From Steroidobacteraceae bacterium (GTDB lineage Bacteria > Pseudomonadota > Gammaproteobacteria > Steroidobacterales > Steroidobacteraceae): a stretch of DNA of 64,000 bases. This document shows, one piece after another, positions 41,396 to 51,038 of this stretch. Location: contig JBEVNO010000064.1 of the NCBI GenBank assembly GCA_040508085.1, positions 14,426 through 78,425 on the forward strand, given 5' to 3'. The notes under the pieces are model-generated. The model ran no database searches. It saw only the letters and a list, made by a program, of their open reading frames with translations, and was not told where the DNA came from. The position numbers and the translations under genes were made by a program. The number at the start of each line of letters is the position of its first letter. Position 1 is the stretch's first letter.

Positions 41396-43180
41396 CTACT
41401 GCGGTGCGCCAAACTGTAACTGGGCGAGCCGGTAATACAACGAACTGGTTCCCAAAAGCTCGGTATGACTACCTACGGCCACCACCCGACCGTGATCCAT
41501 GACCACTATCCGGTGGGCTTTCAGCACGGTGGCCAGCCGATGGGCCACGATAATGGTGGTGCGGGGGCGCGGACCGCCCATCAGGCTTTCCAGCGCCTGC
41601 TGCACCAAGCGCTCGCTTTCAGCGTCCAGGTTGCTGGTCGCCTCGTCCAGCAGCAGCACCGGCGCATCCTTGAGGATGGCCCTGGCAATCGCTATCCGCT
41701 GCCGCTGGCCTCCTGACAGCCGCGTGCCGCGCTCGCCGAGGAAGCTGTCGTAACCCTCCGGCAAGGCACGGATGAAGCCATCCGCCGCCGCCGCCACGGC
41801 TGCCGCCTCCACCTCGGCATCGCTGGCGCCGGGCCTGCCATAGCGGATGTTCTCGCGCGCGCTGGCGCCGAACAGCACGGTCTCCTGCGGTACCAGGCCG
41901 ATGTTCCGGCGCAGCACCTGCGGGTCGAGCCGCGCGATGTCGACCCCGTCCAGCAGGATGCGGCCGGCATCCGGATCGTAGAAACGCAGCAGCAGCTGCA
42001 GCAGCGTGCTCTTGCCGGCACCGGACGCCCCGACTATGGCCACGGTCTCGCCAGGCGCGATGTCCAGCGTCACGCCGTCAAGGGCCGGGCTGTCGGGGCG
42101 CGAGGGGTAGCGGAACACCAGGCTCTCCAGCCGCAACTCCCCGCGCGCGTCGGCGGGCAAGGCCAGCGGCGCCAGCGGTGCGGCAATTGCCGGTTGCGCC
42201 TGCAGCAGCTCGACCAGGCGCTCCATGGCGCCGGCCGCCCGCTGCACCTCGCCCCATTGCTCGATCAGCGTGGCGGCGGAGCCGGAGACGAAGGCGGCAT
42301 AGAGCAGGAACTGCCCGAGCTGGCCGCCGGTCATTTCGCCGGCCAGCACGGCGCGCGCGCCCAGCCACAGGACGAAGGTCACCGCTGCCATAACCAGGGC
42401 CGTGCCGATGGCGGTCAACAGCGCGCGCACCCGGTTGCGGCGGATGGCTGCATCAAAGCCGGCCTGCACCGCTGTCTCGTAACGGCGCGACTGCAGCCCC
42501 TCCAGCGTGAAGGCCTGGATGGTCTGCATGGCATTGAGCGTCTCGCCCGCCTGGCCGCTGGAATCAGCCACGCGGTCCTGCGCATCGCGCGACAGCTTGC
42601 GCACGTTCCGCCCCACCGAAAACAGCGGCAGCATCACCAGCGGGATCAGCACCAGCATCACACCCATCAATTTGGGGCTGGTGGCGCCCATCATCACCAG
42701 TGCGCCGAGCAGGTTCAGGGCCGAGCGCAGCGTGATCGAGATACCCACTCCGGAGATGGACTGCACCAGCGTCGTATCGGTGGTCAGCCGCGACAGCACC
42801 TCGCCCGTACGCGTGACCTCGAAGAAGGTGAGGTCCATGGACAGCACACGCTCGTACACCCGGGTGCGGATGTCGGCCACTACGCGCTCACCCAGCCAGG
42901 TCACAAGGTAAAAGCGCAGCGCCGCGAAAATCCCCAGCACGGCTGCAGCGCCGAGGAATGCGAGGAAATAACGGTTAACAGTGCTGGCGTCACCCGCCAC
43001 CATGCCGTGATCGATCACGTAGCGCAGCGCCACGGGCAATGCCAGCAATGCACCGGAAGCCACCAGCAGCGCCACGATGGCGGCCAGCAGTGTGCCCACG
43101 TGCGGACGCAGGAAGGGCCACAGCGCACGCAGCGGCTGCAGTGAGCGGCTCGATGCGCGAGCCGTGCTGGTCTGGCTCAA
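41396..43180 (-). CDS. ABC exporter, fused permease + ATPase (ABCB, Atm1-like)
   Basis: Six-TM half followed by Walker A GASGAGKSTLL, LSGGQRQRIAIARA and LLLDEATSNLD. Confidence 0.85.
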   Translation of the reverse strand: MSQTSTARASSRSLQPLRALWPFLRPHVGTLLAAIVALLVASGALLALPVALRYVIDHGMVAGDASTVNRYFLAFLGAAAVLGIFAALRFYLVTWLGERVVADIRTRVYERVLSMDLTFFEVTRTGEVLSRLTTDTTLVQSISGVGISITLRSALNLLGALVMMGATSPKLMGVMLVLIPLVMLPLFSVGRNVRKLSRDAQDRVADSSGQAGETLNAMQTIQAFTLEGLQSRRYETAVQAGFDAAIRRNRVRALLTAIGTALVMAAVTFVLWLGARAVLAGEMTGGQLGQFLLYAAFVSGSAATLIEQWGEVQRAAGAMERLVELLQAQPAIAAPLAPLALPADARGELRLESLVFRYPSRPDSPALDGVTLDIAPGETVAIVGASGAGKSTLLQLLLRFYDPDAGRILLDGVDIARLDPQVLRRNIGLVPQETVLFGASARENIRYGRPGASDAEVEAAAVAAAADGFIRALPEGYDSFLGERGTRLSGGQRQRIAIARAILKDAPVLLLDEATSNLDAESERLVQQALESLMGGPRPRTTIIVAHRLATVLKAHRIVVMDHGRVVAVGSHTELLGTSSLYYRLAQLQFGAPQ

Positions 43181-43187
43181 GGCAACC

Positions 43188-44585
43188 TCAGCAAAGGCGG
43201 TTCAGGCCGTTGTATGCGGCGATCCGGTAGCCTTCGGCCATGGTCGGATAATTGAACGTGGTGTTGATGAAATAGCGCAGGTTGTTGATGTCGCGGCTGG
43301 CCATCACCGTCTGGCCGATGTGCACGATCTCCGAGGCGTTGTCGCCGAAACAATGCACGCCCAGCACCTCCAGTGTCTTCGCATGGAACAGGATCTTCAG
43401 CATGCCCACTGGCTGGCTGGTCATCTGCGCACGCGCCAGGCTCTTGAAGTGGGTGTGGCCGATCTCGTATGGGATACCGGCTTCCTGCAACTCCTTCTCC
43501 GTGCGCCCCACCGAGGAAATTTCCGGAATGGTGTAGATGCCGCTGGGCATGAGATCGAGCCTGCGGGTGGGCGCCTCGGGCGTAAGGATGTACTCCCCCA
43601 CCGCGCCGCCCTGCTGGTATGCAGCCGAGGCAAGTGCGGGCGGGCCTATCACGTCACCGACGGCATGGATGTTCGCAACGGCCGTCTGGTAGCGCTCGTT
43701 CACCGCCAGCTGGCCACGCTGATTGGGCGTGAGCCCTACCGCCTCGAGGTTCATGCCCTCGGTGTTGCCGGTGCGGCCGTTCGCCCACAGCAGCACGTCC
43801 GATTTGATGCTGCGCGAAGACTTCAGATGCAGCACCACGTCTTCGGCCCGCGCCTCCAGGTGATCGAACTGCTCGTTGTGGCGGATGATGCAGCCCTGGT
43901 CGCGCAGGTGATACGAGAGCGCCTCGGCGATCTCCTCATCCATGAAAGACAGCAGCCGGTCCTGGGTGTTGACCAAGGTCACCTTGATGCCCATGTTCAG
44001 GAAGATCGAGGCGTACTCGCAGCCGATCACGCCGGCGCCGTAGATGGTCACGTGGAATGGCGATTCCGGATATCGCAGCACGCTGTCGCTGTCGAGCACG
44101 CGCGGATGGGAGAAATCCAGGCCCGGCGGGTGGTAAGGGCGCGACCCGGTGGCGATCACGAACTGCTCGGCGTGCACCCGCAACGGCTCGCCCACGGCGG
44201 GCGTGATCTGCAGCGTGTTGCCGTCGAGGAACGAGGCGGCGCCCTCCAGCACCGGCACGCGGTTGCGGTCATAGAAGCGCTGGCGCATCTGCACCTGCGC
44301 TTCGATGACATTGTTGGCTGTGGACAGCAGCTGTGGCAGCGTCACCGTCAGTCCGGCCGAGATCTTGCGCAGCAGCGGGTTCTTGCGCACATCGCTGAGG
44401 GTCTTCACCGCATGGCGCAGCGCCTTGCTGGGGATGGTGCCCCAGTGGGTGCAACCACCCCCGACCTCAGGATACCGCTCCACCACGGCCACGCGGCGGT
44501 GGTTCTTGGCGAGCATCATGGCCGCGCCTTCGCCGGCGGGGCCACTCCCAATCACGACAACGTCGTACTTGTCCATTGGGGCCAT
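43188..44585 (-). CDS. sthA: Soluble pyridine nucleotide transhydrogenase
   Basis: YDVVVIGSGPAGEGAAMMLAKNHRRVAVVERYPEVGGGCTHWGTIPSKALRHAV is near-identical in pattern to the E. coli SthA N-terminus. Confidence 0.9.
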   Translation of the reverse strand: MAPMDKYDVVVIGSGPAGEGAAMMLAKNHRRVAVVERYPEVGGGCTHWGTIPSKALRHAVKTLSDVRKNPLLRKISAGLTVTLPQLLSTANNVIEAQVQMRQRFYDRNRVPVLEGAASFLDGNTLQITPAVGEPLRVHAEQFVIATGSRPYHPPGLDFSHPRVLDSDSVLRYPESPFHVTIYGAGVIGCEYASIFLNMGIKVTLVNTQDRLLSFMDEEIAEALSYHLRDQGCIIRHNEQFDHLEARAEDVVLHLKSSRSIKSDVLLWANGRTGNTEGMNLEAVGLTPNQRGQLAVNERYQTAVANIHAVGDVIGPPALASAAYQQGGAVGEYILTPEAPTRRLDLMPSGIYTIPEISSVGRTEKELQEAGIPYEIGHTHFKSLARAQMTSQPVGMLKILFHAKTLEVLGVHCFGDNASEIVHIGQTVMASRDINNLRYFINTTFNYPTMAEGYRIAAYNGLNRLC

Positions 44586-44617
44586 GCTAGCTGTTCAGGC
44601 AGCAAAAATCCCTGAAC

Positions 44618-45148
44618 TCAGTCGTCACCGGGTGGTTCATCGGGGAACAGCACGTCCTGGAAGCCGAACTGCGACAAATCCCGCATGCGCATCGGGTACA
44701 GCACGCCGTCCAGATGGTCGACCTCATGCTGCACCACCCGTGCATGAAAGCCCTCCACGGTGCGGTCAATGGCCCGGCCCGCCTGGTCGAAGCCCTGGTA
44801 GCGCAGGCGCCGGCGGCGCGGCACCAGGCCACGCATGCCGGGCACCGACAGGCACCCTTCCCAGCCCAGCTCCTCGTCATCGTCGAGCGGGGTCAGCACC
44901 GGATTCACCAGCACCGTCTTCGGCACCGCTGGCGCATCGGGATAGCGCTCGTTGCGCTCGAAGCCGAAGATCACCACCCGCTGCGAAACGCCGATCTGCG
45001 GCGCGGCAAGGCCGGCGCCGTTGGCGGCCCGCATGGTGTCCTCGAGGTCGGCGATCAGCGCGTGCAGCGCGGGCGTGTTGAAATCGGCCACCGGCGCGGC
45101 ACGCTGCAGCAGCAGGGGATCGCCCATGCGCAGGATGGTCCTGATCAT
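44618..45148 (-). CDS. def: Peptide deformylase
   Basis: All three motifs are present: [27 protein letters not shown]. Confidence 0.9.
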   Translation of the reverse strand: MIRTILRMGDPLLLQRAAPVADFNTPALHALIADLEDTMRAANGAGLAAPQIGVSQRVVIFGFERNERYPDAPAVPKTVLVNPVLTPLDDDEELGWEGCLSVPGMRGLVPRRRRLRYQGFDQAGRAIDRTVEGFHARVVQHEVDHLDGVLYPMRMRDLSQFGFQDVLFPDEPPGDD

Positions 45149-45852
45149 GGTGCCTGCTCCCGCGGCGTCAGTTCCAGGTGATGCTTCAGCCAGGCCGCGA
45201 TGTCATGCACCTCGGGCCCGCACAGGCTGTGACCCATGGAGTATTGCCGCCACTCCACTTCAAGGCCGGCCGCCAGCAGCGCATCGCGCGATTGCTCGCC
45301 GAACACCTGCAACACCACCACATCCTCGCGGCCATGGCACATGAGGATGGGCGTGGCCCGGTTGGCCGGATCCATCTCTGCCGCCAGCTGCGCCCCCAGC
45401 GGCAGGTAGGCCGAGAGAGCAATGATGCCCCCCAGTGGCGCCCCGTGGCGCAGTCCGACGTGCAGCGCCGTCGCCCCGCCCTGGGAGAAACCGGCCAGCA
45501 CGATGCGGCGCGAAGCAATGCCGCCGGCCCGCTCGCGCTCGATGTAACGTTCGATGCGTGAGCGCGTGGCAGTGAGGCCGGGTTCATCGTCGCGCCCGGC
45601 CGGCGACAGCTCGCGGATGTCGTACCACGCGCGCATCGCATAGCCAGCGTTCACCGAGACCGGCCGCACCTCCGCATGCGGGAACACGAAACGCACACGG
45701 GCCGTTGCGGGCAAGCCGAGCTCCGGTATCAGCGACACGAAATCGTAGCCATCGGCGCCCAGCCCGTGCAGCCAGATCACCGCGGCATCGGCCTGCCCGG
45801 TGGCTGGTTCCAGTACCACCTCATCCTCGCTTTCCACCTGCCGCAGGCGCAT
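45145..45852 (-). CDS. Alpha/beta-hydrolase carboxylesterase/phospholipase family protein
   Basis: Contains [10 protein letters not shown], nucleophile elbow GFSQGG and a late HG.ED / H triad context (CHGREDVVV ... MGHSL). Confidence 0.8.
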   Translation of the reverse strand: MRLRQVESEDEVVLEPATGQADAAVIWLHGLGADGYDFVSLIPELGLPATARVRFVFPHAEVRPVSVNAGYAMRAWYDIRELSPAGRDDEPGLTATRSRIERYIERERAGGIASRRIVLAGFSQGGATALHVGLRHGAPLGGIIALSAYLPLGAQLAAEMDPANRATPILMCHGREDVVVLQVFGEQSRDALLAAGLEVEWRQYSMGHSLCGPEVHDIAAWLKHHLELTPREQAP

Positions 45853-45856
45853 GAGT

Positions 45857-46249
45857 TCAGGACGCGGGCCGGGCCGGCTTGACGGCCTGGTCCAGCAGGA
45901 AGAGATCCGTCAGCAGCGCCCGCAGGTGCACCGATGCATTCAGGTTGTCCACCAGCAGCGAGGCTATGCTCTCGCGCGCCAGCACGAGCCCGATCGCGCC
46001 GCGCGCCACGCGCACATCCCGTTCGACCGCATCGGTGAAATCACCCACTCCGGACAGCGCCGGCATGCCGGTCAGTGCGGCACGTATTGAACCCTGCATG
46101 TCGGTCAGTGCCGCGTGCATGCCGGTGAGCGTGGGGCGCAGCTCGGTGCCGGCATCATCCTGGCGGCCCTGGGCCGCATAGGCCAGCAGGTATTCATAGC
46201 CGCGTTCGATAACATCGATGCGTTCGGCCAGCAAAATCGCTTCAGTCAC
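45857..46249 (-). CDS. Hypothetical 130-aa protein
   Basis: 8-nt overlap with the cytochrome b stop, and 4 nt before the esterase start. Helical, balanced composition. No family recognised. Confidence 0.45.
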   Translation of the reverse strand: MTEAILLAERIDVIERGYEYLLAYAAQGRQDDAGTELRPTLTGMHAALTDMQGSIRAALTGMPALSGVGDFTDAVERDVRVARGAIGLVLARESIASLLVDNLNASVHLRALLTDLFLLDQAVKPARPAS

Positions 46250-46859
46250 CGTTCTCCACCCGCTTCAGATCGTGCTCGGGCGCGAGCTCCCCGCGCCGTA
46301 TCCAGCCTCTCACCATCGCACGCAGGTATGCGCGCTTCTCCGGCAGGATAGCGAAATACACATGCACCAGGATGAGGAACACCGACAGCAGGGCTGCCAG
46401 ATCGTGCAGCAAGGTCAGCAGGCCCCAGCTTTCCAGGCTGCGCACATAGGGATCGCGTTCCAGGAATGGCACGCCAGCCTTGCGCAGCAGCAGCAGGCCG
46501 CTGACGATCGCCACCAGCACCGCCGTCGTCCAGCCCAAATGCATCAGCTTCTGCGGCAGCGTGTATTTTCCGGCCCCCCGCGGTCGCAGGTCTGCTGCCT
46601 GCGGCACCATCACGGCCGGCCGCTGCCAGAACAATGCGCGCACCACATGCGCCAGGATCAGCGCCGTGAGCACCAGTCCGGCCACCCAGTGGATGCCGTA
46701 CCAGGCGAAGCGGATGCCGAGAATGGGCAGGAAGCTGGTGACCAGCAGCACCGTCATGGTCAGCGCCGTGGCCCAGTGAAACAGCCGGTCGAACCCGGCA
46801 TGGCGCAGCAGTGTGTCTTCGCCCTGCCTCACCTCAGCCTCCATCCTTGCGCGAGCCAC
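46242..46859 (-). CDS. Membrane b-type cytochrome (Ni/Fe-hydrogenase / formate dehydrogenase gamma-like cytochrome b family)
   Basis: Contains LLRHAGFDRLFHWATAL. Four predicted TM helices with conserved His (HW, HWVAG, HL, HVYFA). The start is GTG 46859 or ATG 46844. Confidence 0.7.
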   Translation of the reverse strand: MARARMEAEVRQGEDTLLRHAGFDRLFHWATALTMTVLLVTSFLPILGIRFAWYGIHWVAGLVLTALILAHVVRALFWQRPAVMVPQAADLRPRGAGKYTLPQKLMHLGWTTAVLVAIVSGLLLLRKAGVPFLERDPYVRSLESWGLLTLLHDLAALLSVFLILVHVYFAILPEKRAYLRAMVRGWIRRGELAPEHDLKRVENGD

Positions 46860-46998
46860 GGCGACTCCAGGCCCGATAGATGAGATGCACGACGATCACC
46901 GCGACGCCCGCCCAGAAAGCCACCGGCAGCAGATCCCAGGAGGCGCCGTTCACGACGGTCCTGCCGTAACTGTCGTGTCCATGACGCAGCAGGTCCAT
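46834..46998 (-). CDS. Unlisted small ORF, 54 aa, single TM helix
   Basis: Hand translation gives MDLLRHGHDSYGRTVVNGASWDLLPVAFWAGVAVIVVHLIYRAWSRRGSRKDGG*. ATG 46998 is 5 nt after the FAD-subunit stop, and its stop overlaps the cytochrome b start. It is below the ORF-track length cut-off. Confidence 0.35.
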   Translation of the reverse strand: MDLLRHGHDSYGRTVVNGASWDLLPVAFWAGVAVIVVHLIYRAWSRRGSRKDGG

Positions 46999-47002
46999 GC
47001 CT

Positions 47003-47992
47003 TCAGCCTCCGCGCACCGCGCGACGGATCAGGTTCTCCATCAATGGCACCTTGTACTGGTTGAAGTTCAGCGTCTGCGCAGCAGCACTCTCCAGCCCCG
47101 CGACGCGGTCGCCGGTAGCGGCGTCGCGTCTGCCGCCGGTCAGCGCCGCTTCTACCGTGCGCAGCCGATGCGGCACGCAGGCGGCGGCACCCAGCACCAG
47201 CCGCGCCGACGCGATGGCATCACCCTGCATCACGAACGCTGCCGCGATCGACAGCAGCGCGAAATCCCATACATTGCGGTCCGCCACTTTCTCGAAGTAG
47301 AACTGCGCGCCCGCCCAGGTGGCCGGAATCCGCACGGCGGTCAGCACTTCGCCCGGCTCCAGCACGTGCATGCGCCGGATGTTCACATCCGGCCCGATGA
47401 AGAACTGCGCGGCTGGCACCAGACGCTCGCCACCGCGCCGCGCAATCACCATGCTGCCGTCCAGCGCCACCACCGCATTGGCCGTGTCCGAAGGCGTCAC
47501 GGCGACGCAGCGGCTGGCGTCGAAAATGGCGTGCTCGCGGTTCTGCCCCTGCGGGGTGTCTGCGTAGCACATGTTGCCGCCGGCGCGATAACAGTCCACG
47601 CCGCCGCGGTAATACCAGCAGCGTGTGTCCTGGCTGAGATTGCCGCCCAGCGTGCCGGCGTTGCGGATCTGGGGACTGGCGACCCGCCCTGCGGCGCTCG
47701 ACAACAGCGCAAAACGCTCGCGCACCAGAGGCGACTGCTCGATGTCGCTCAGTGAAGTCAGTGCGCCGATCTGAAGCCCGCCGTCGACTTCGCGCACGCC
47801 CCGGAGCGCCTCGATGCCGGACAGGTCGATCACCGCGCGCGTGCGCTTGGTGCGGTTTTTCAGCCAGTCCCAGCTGTCCTGTCCGCCAGCCACCAGCCAG
47901 CCGTCCTCGCCCAGGTCGGCCGCGAGTTCGAGCGCAGCGTCCAGCGCGTCGGGCTGGTACAGCTCGAAGTGCGGCATCATGTCGCGCAGCAT
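47003..47992 (-). CDS. Molybdo-hydroxylase FAD-binding subunit (CoxM/PaoB/XdhB family)
   Basis: Has an FAD_binding_5 pattern: AGGQDSWDWLK, IRNAGTLGGNL. It also has a C-terminal CO-dehydrogenase flavoprotein-like domain. Confidence 0.85.
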   Translation of the reverse strand: MLRDMMPHFELYQPDALDAALELAADLGEDGWLVAGGQDSWDWLKNRTKRTRAVIDLSGIEALRGVREVDGGLQIGALTSLSDIEQSPLVRERFALLSSAAGRVASPQIRNAGTLGGNLSQDTRCWYYRGGVDCYRAGGNMCYADTPQGQNREHAIFDASRCVAVTPSDTANAVVALDGSMVIARRGGERLVPAAQFFIGPDVNIRRMHVLEPGEVLTAVRIPATWAGAQFYFEKVADRNVWDFALLSIAAAFVMQGDAIASARLVLGAAACVPHRLRTVEAALTGGRRDAATGDRVAGLESAAAQTLNFNQYKVPLMENLIRRAVRGG

Positions 47993-48001
47993 CGTGTTCC
48001 C

Positions 48002-50401
48002 TTACTGGCAGTTGACCTGCAGGGGCCCATGCGCCTGCGGGCGGCCTGCAAGATGATTGAGGATCATGTCGGGCACCACCGGGGTGCGGTTGAACACATG
48101 GCCGCCGATGGCCTCGGAAATCGCGCACAGGATCACCGAACCGGCACAGCCCAGCAGTGGTTCACCGATGCCCTTGGTGCCCAGCGGGCTCGATGGCTCC
48201 GGCAGGTCGACGCCGGCGACACGGAAGCGCCGCGCCACATCGGCATAGGTCGGCGGCTTGGCCTGGTAGTAGCCCACGCTGGCCGGCAGGCCATTCTGCG
48301 GGTCATACACAATGCGCTCCAGGCCGGCCACACCGAAACCCTGCACGGCTCCGCTCTTGATCTGTGTTTCAAGCCCTGCTGGGTGGATCACCGTGCCGCA
48401 GTCCGCAACGCCGACATAGTCGACGATGACATAGCGGCCGGTCTCCAGATCCAGCTCGATCTCGGCAAAGGCCGCTGCAAAGGCGGCAGGCGCGCCGAGC
48501 AGCGGCAGGTTGTCCTTGGCCACGCCCACCAGGCCGGTGCCGGCGATCGCGGTGGCGGACACCTGCGTCATCGGGTTGATGTCTGGCGGCAGTTCGTGGC
48601 CGTCATACCTGCCGCCGAGCTCGATGGCGCGCTGCGCAGCCTCGGCATAGGTCATGCCCGCGCCGGGGCTGCCCTTGCGGAAGACGCGCCGGCCGTCGAT
48701 GTCGTACTGCGCGGGCGTCCCGCCGAAACGCTTCGCCGCAATCTCCTTGAGCTTGTTGACGGCATCGGTGGCGGCCACGAAATTGGTGCGCGCCATCGTG
48801 AAGTTGGTGTTGCTGCCGAACTGGCCGATGTTCCACGGCAGGTGGCGACGGCTGTCGCCGCGCTCGATGACCACGTCCTCCCAATCCACCTTCAGCACCT
48901 CCGCGGCGATCCGCGAGGTGCTGGAATGGGAGAAGGTGCCGAGGTTGCCCACGCCGGTATGCACATGCACCTTGCCTGACGGCAATATGCGCACCAGCCC
49001 ATCGAAGCCGGAAAAACCGGCTGGATGGAAGGCCTGCCCTACCGCAATGGCCGTCACCTTGCTGCCGTTGCGCTGCCCGTTGCGCGCCATGCGCTGCTGC
49101 CAGCCGAAGATCGCGGCGCCTTTCTCCAGCGCCTCGCGCAGGTAGCAGCTCGATACGGTGTTGCGCTGTGAGCCGAACGGTGCGTTGAAACCCGGCCCGT
49201 TCAGCAGGCGCATGGCCAGCCGGTCGACTTTCAGGGCGCGCGCAGCCTTGTCGAGCAGCGGCTCCATGATGTGCGCCATCTGGTTGTAGCCCGGGCCACG
49301 CTGCGCGCTGCGTATCGGCGAATTGGCGAACACCGGCATGCCGCGCCAGCGCATGGCAGCCGGCTGGTACAGGATCGACAGCGCATCTGCAGCGTTGCGG
49401 AAGTCGAAGAAACTCTGGCTGGCGCCGTTCTCCTGGATCACGTAGAGATCGGCAGCCAGCAGTTTGCCGTCCTCGCCGAAGCCCAGCTTCACCTGACCCT
49501 GGAAGCCCAGGCGCGCACTGCCGTGGTAATACTCCTCCGCGCGGCTCACCCGCATCATCACCGGCAGGCCGAGCTTCTTCGACAGCAACGCGGGCAGCGC
49601 CTGCAATGGATAGGCGCCGCCCTTGGAACCGAAGCCGCCACCACAGTATTCGGCGATCACCACCAGGTCCGTGGGCGCGATGCCGATCAGCGTCGCCAGC
49701 GCCGGGGTGATGAAGGACTGGCTTTGCGACGACACGTGCACGAAGCACTTGCCGTTCTGCCAGTACGCCATCGCCGTGCGCGGCTCCATGCTGTGATGCG
49801 AATTGCTGGCATGCACGAAGGTCTCGTCGAGCACCAGCCTGGCCTTGGCAAAGGCGGCCTCGACGTCGCCGTAGGTCCACTCCTGCGCCGCGGCGCCCAT
49901 TGGCATGCGCGTGCCGGCTTTGTCGAAATCATCGCGGGTCCACTTCAGCGTCTGGAATTTCACTCCCGCCGCGCCGACATTGCCGTCGCTGCGCGCATCG
50001 GGCTGGTCCGGATGCAGGCTCGCGAGTGGATCCACATGGAACGGCAGCGGCTCGTAATCCACCTTCACTTTCTCGAGCGCATCCTGCGCCGCAGTTTCGT
50101 TCTCGGCCGCCAGCAGCAGGATGGGTGCGCCGACATAACCCGGCTCCTCGGTGAGCAGCGGAATCTCCGGCGCGGGTGGGTTCTTCACATCGCCGGGCAG
50201 CAGCACACCCACGTAGCCGGGCACCTTCTCCGCCTCCGACATGTCGATGCCGCGCACACGCGCATGCGGATAGGGACTGGAAAGCAGCCGCGCGAACACC
50301 ATTCCTTCGACGCGGAAATCCTCGGCGTAACGCGCCTCGCCAGTGACCTTCGCCACCACATCATGGGGCGTGAAATCATGGCCGAGATGCTTAGACGCCA
50401 T
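48002..50401 (-). CDS. Molybdo-hydroxylase molybdopterin-binding large subunit (aldehyde oxidase/xanthine dehydrogenase family, PaoC/CoxL-like)
   Basis: ATG 50401 (MASKHLGHDFTPHDVVAKVTGEARYAEDF). Contains GGGFGSKG and GIGEPLL near the C-terminus. 11-nt overlap with the FeS-subunit stop. Confidence 0.9.
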   Translation of the reverse strand: MASKHLGHDFTPHDVVAKVTGEARYAEDFRVEGMVFARLLSSPYPHARVRGIDMSEAEKVPGYVGVLLPGDVKNPPAPEIPLLTEEPGYVGAPILLLAAENETAAQDALEKVKVDYEPLPFHVDPLASLHPDQPDARSDGNVGAAGVKFQTLKWTRDDFDKAGTRMPMGAAAQEWTYGDVEAAFAKARLVLDETFVHASNSHHSMEPRTAMAYWQNGKCFVHVSSQSQSFITPALATLIGIAPTDLVVIAEYCGGGFGSKGGAYPLQALPALLSKKLGLPVMMRVSRAEEYYHGSARLGFQGQVKLGFGEDGKLLAADLYVIQENGASQSFFDFRNAADALSILYQPAAMRWRGMPVFANSPIRSAQRGPGYNQMAHIMEPLLDKAARALKVDRLAMRLLNGPGFNAPFGSQRNTVSSCYLREALEKGAAIFGWQQRMARNGQRNGSKVTAIAVGQAFHPAGFSGFDGLVRILPSGKVHVHTGVGNLGTFSHSSTSRIAAEVLKVDWEDVVIERGDSRRHLPWNIGQFGSNTNFTMARTNFVAATDAVNKLKEIAAKRFGGTPAQYDIDGRRVFRKGSPGAGMTYAEAAQRAIELGGRYDGHELPPDINPMTQVSATAIAGTGLVGVAKDNLPLLGAPAAFAAAFAEIELDLETGRYVIVDYVGVADCGTVIHPAGLETQIKSGAVQGFGVAGLERIVYDPQNGLPASVGYYQAKPPTYADVARRFRVAGVDLPEPSSPLGTKGIGEPLLGCAGSVILCAISEAIGGHVFNRTPVVPDMILNHLAGRPQAHGPLQVNCQ

Positions 50402-51038
50402 GATGGATCTCCGCCGTGTTGCCGGCGGCGCGCATGATGGCATTCAGGTAGTTGTCGTAGGCACCACAGCGGCACAGGTTGCCGGACATGGCATGGCGGG
50501 CTTCCTCGCGCGTGGGGGCGGGATTCTTCTGCAGCAACGCCACGGCGGCCACCACCTGCCCCGGTGTGCAGAAGCCGCACTGCGGCGCCAGCTCATCCAC
50601 AAAGGCCTGCTGTACCGGGTGCAGTTCACCGTTCGGCCCGCGCAGACCCTCGATGGTGGTGAGCTTGCGATTGCGTACGGCGTGCGTGAGCGTCGAGCAG
50701 GAATAGAAAGTGGTGCCGTCGAGCATCACGGTGCAGGCGCCGCATTCGGCGCGGTCGCAGGAGAGCTTGGTGCCGGTGAGACCCAGCTTGTAGCGCAGGG
50801 TCATCGCCAGGGTTTCCTGCGGCAGCACATCCACGCGTCGCAGCTGGCCATTGACGTTGATCGAGATCAGCCGCTCGACGGAGCCGGCCACAGCACGGCG
50901 AGCCGGCGCGCAGCCGGCCAGGCCGCCGGTGACGAAGCTGGCGGCCGAGGCGACCGCGCCGGACGCGATGACTCGCTTGATGAATTCGCGACGCGAATGC
51001 CCCCGCGGCTCGCCGCTGCCGCTGATCGACTCGTCCAT
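50391..51038 (-). CDS. Molybdo-hydroxylase [2Fe-2S] small subunit with twin-arginine signal peptide (PaoA-like)
   Basis: ATG 51038. Tat motif SRREFIK followed by a hydrophobic stretch. Cluster motifs are CDRAECGACTV and CGFCTPG ... CRCGAY. Confidence 0.9.
   Translation of the reverse strand: MDESISGSGEPRGHSRREFIKRVIASGAVASAASFVTGGLAGCAPARRAVAGSVERLISINVNGQLRRVDVLPQETLAMTLRYKLGLTGTKLSCDRAECGACTVMLDGTTFYSCSTLTHAVRNRKLTTIEGLRGPNGELHPVQQAFVDELAPQCGFCTPGQVVAAVALLQKNPAPTREEARHAMSGNLCRCGAYDNYLNAIMRAAGNTAEIHHGV

Noticed and set aside
44593-44617. Hairpin GTTCAGG-N11-CCTGAAC between def and sthA as a terminator
   Set aside because: The stem is only 7 bp. The U-run lies in the loop rather than after the stem on the transcribed strand, and sthA starts 8 nt downstream. 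It is more likely an incidental or processing structure.
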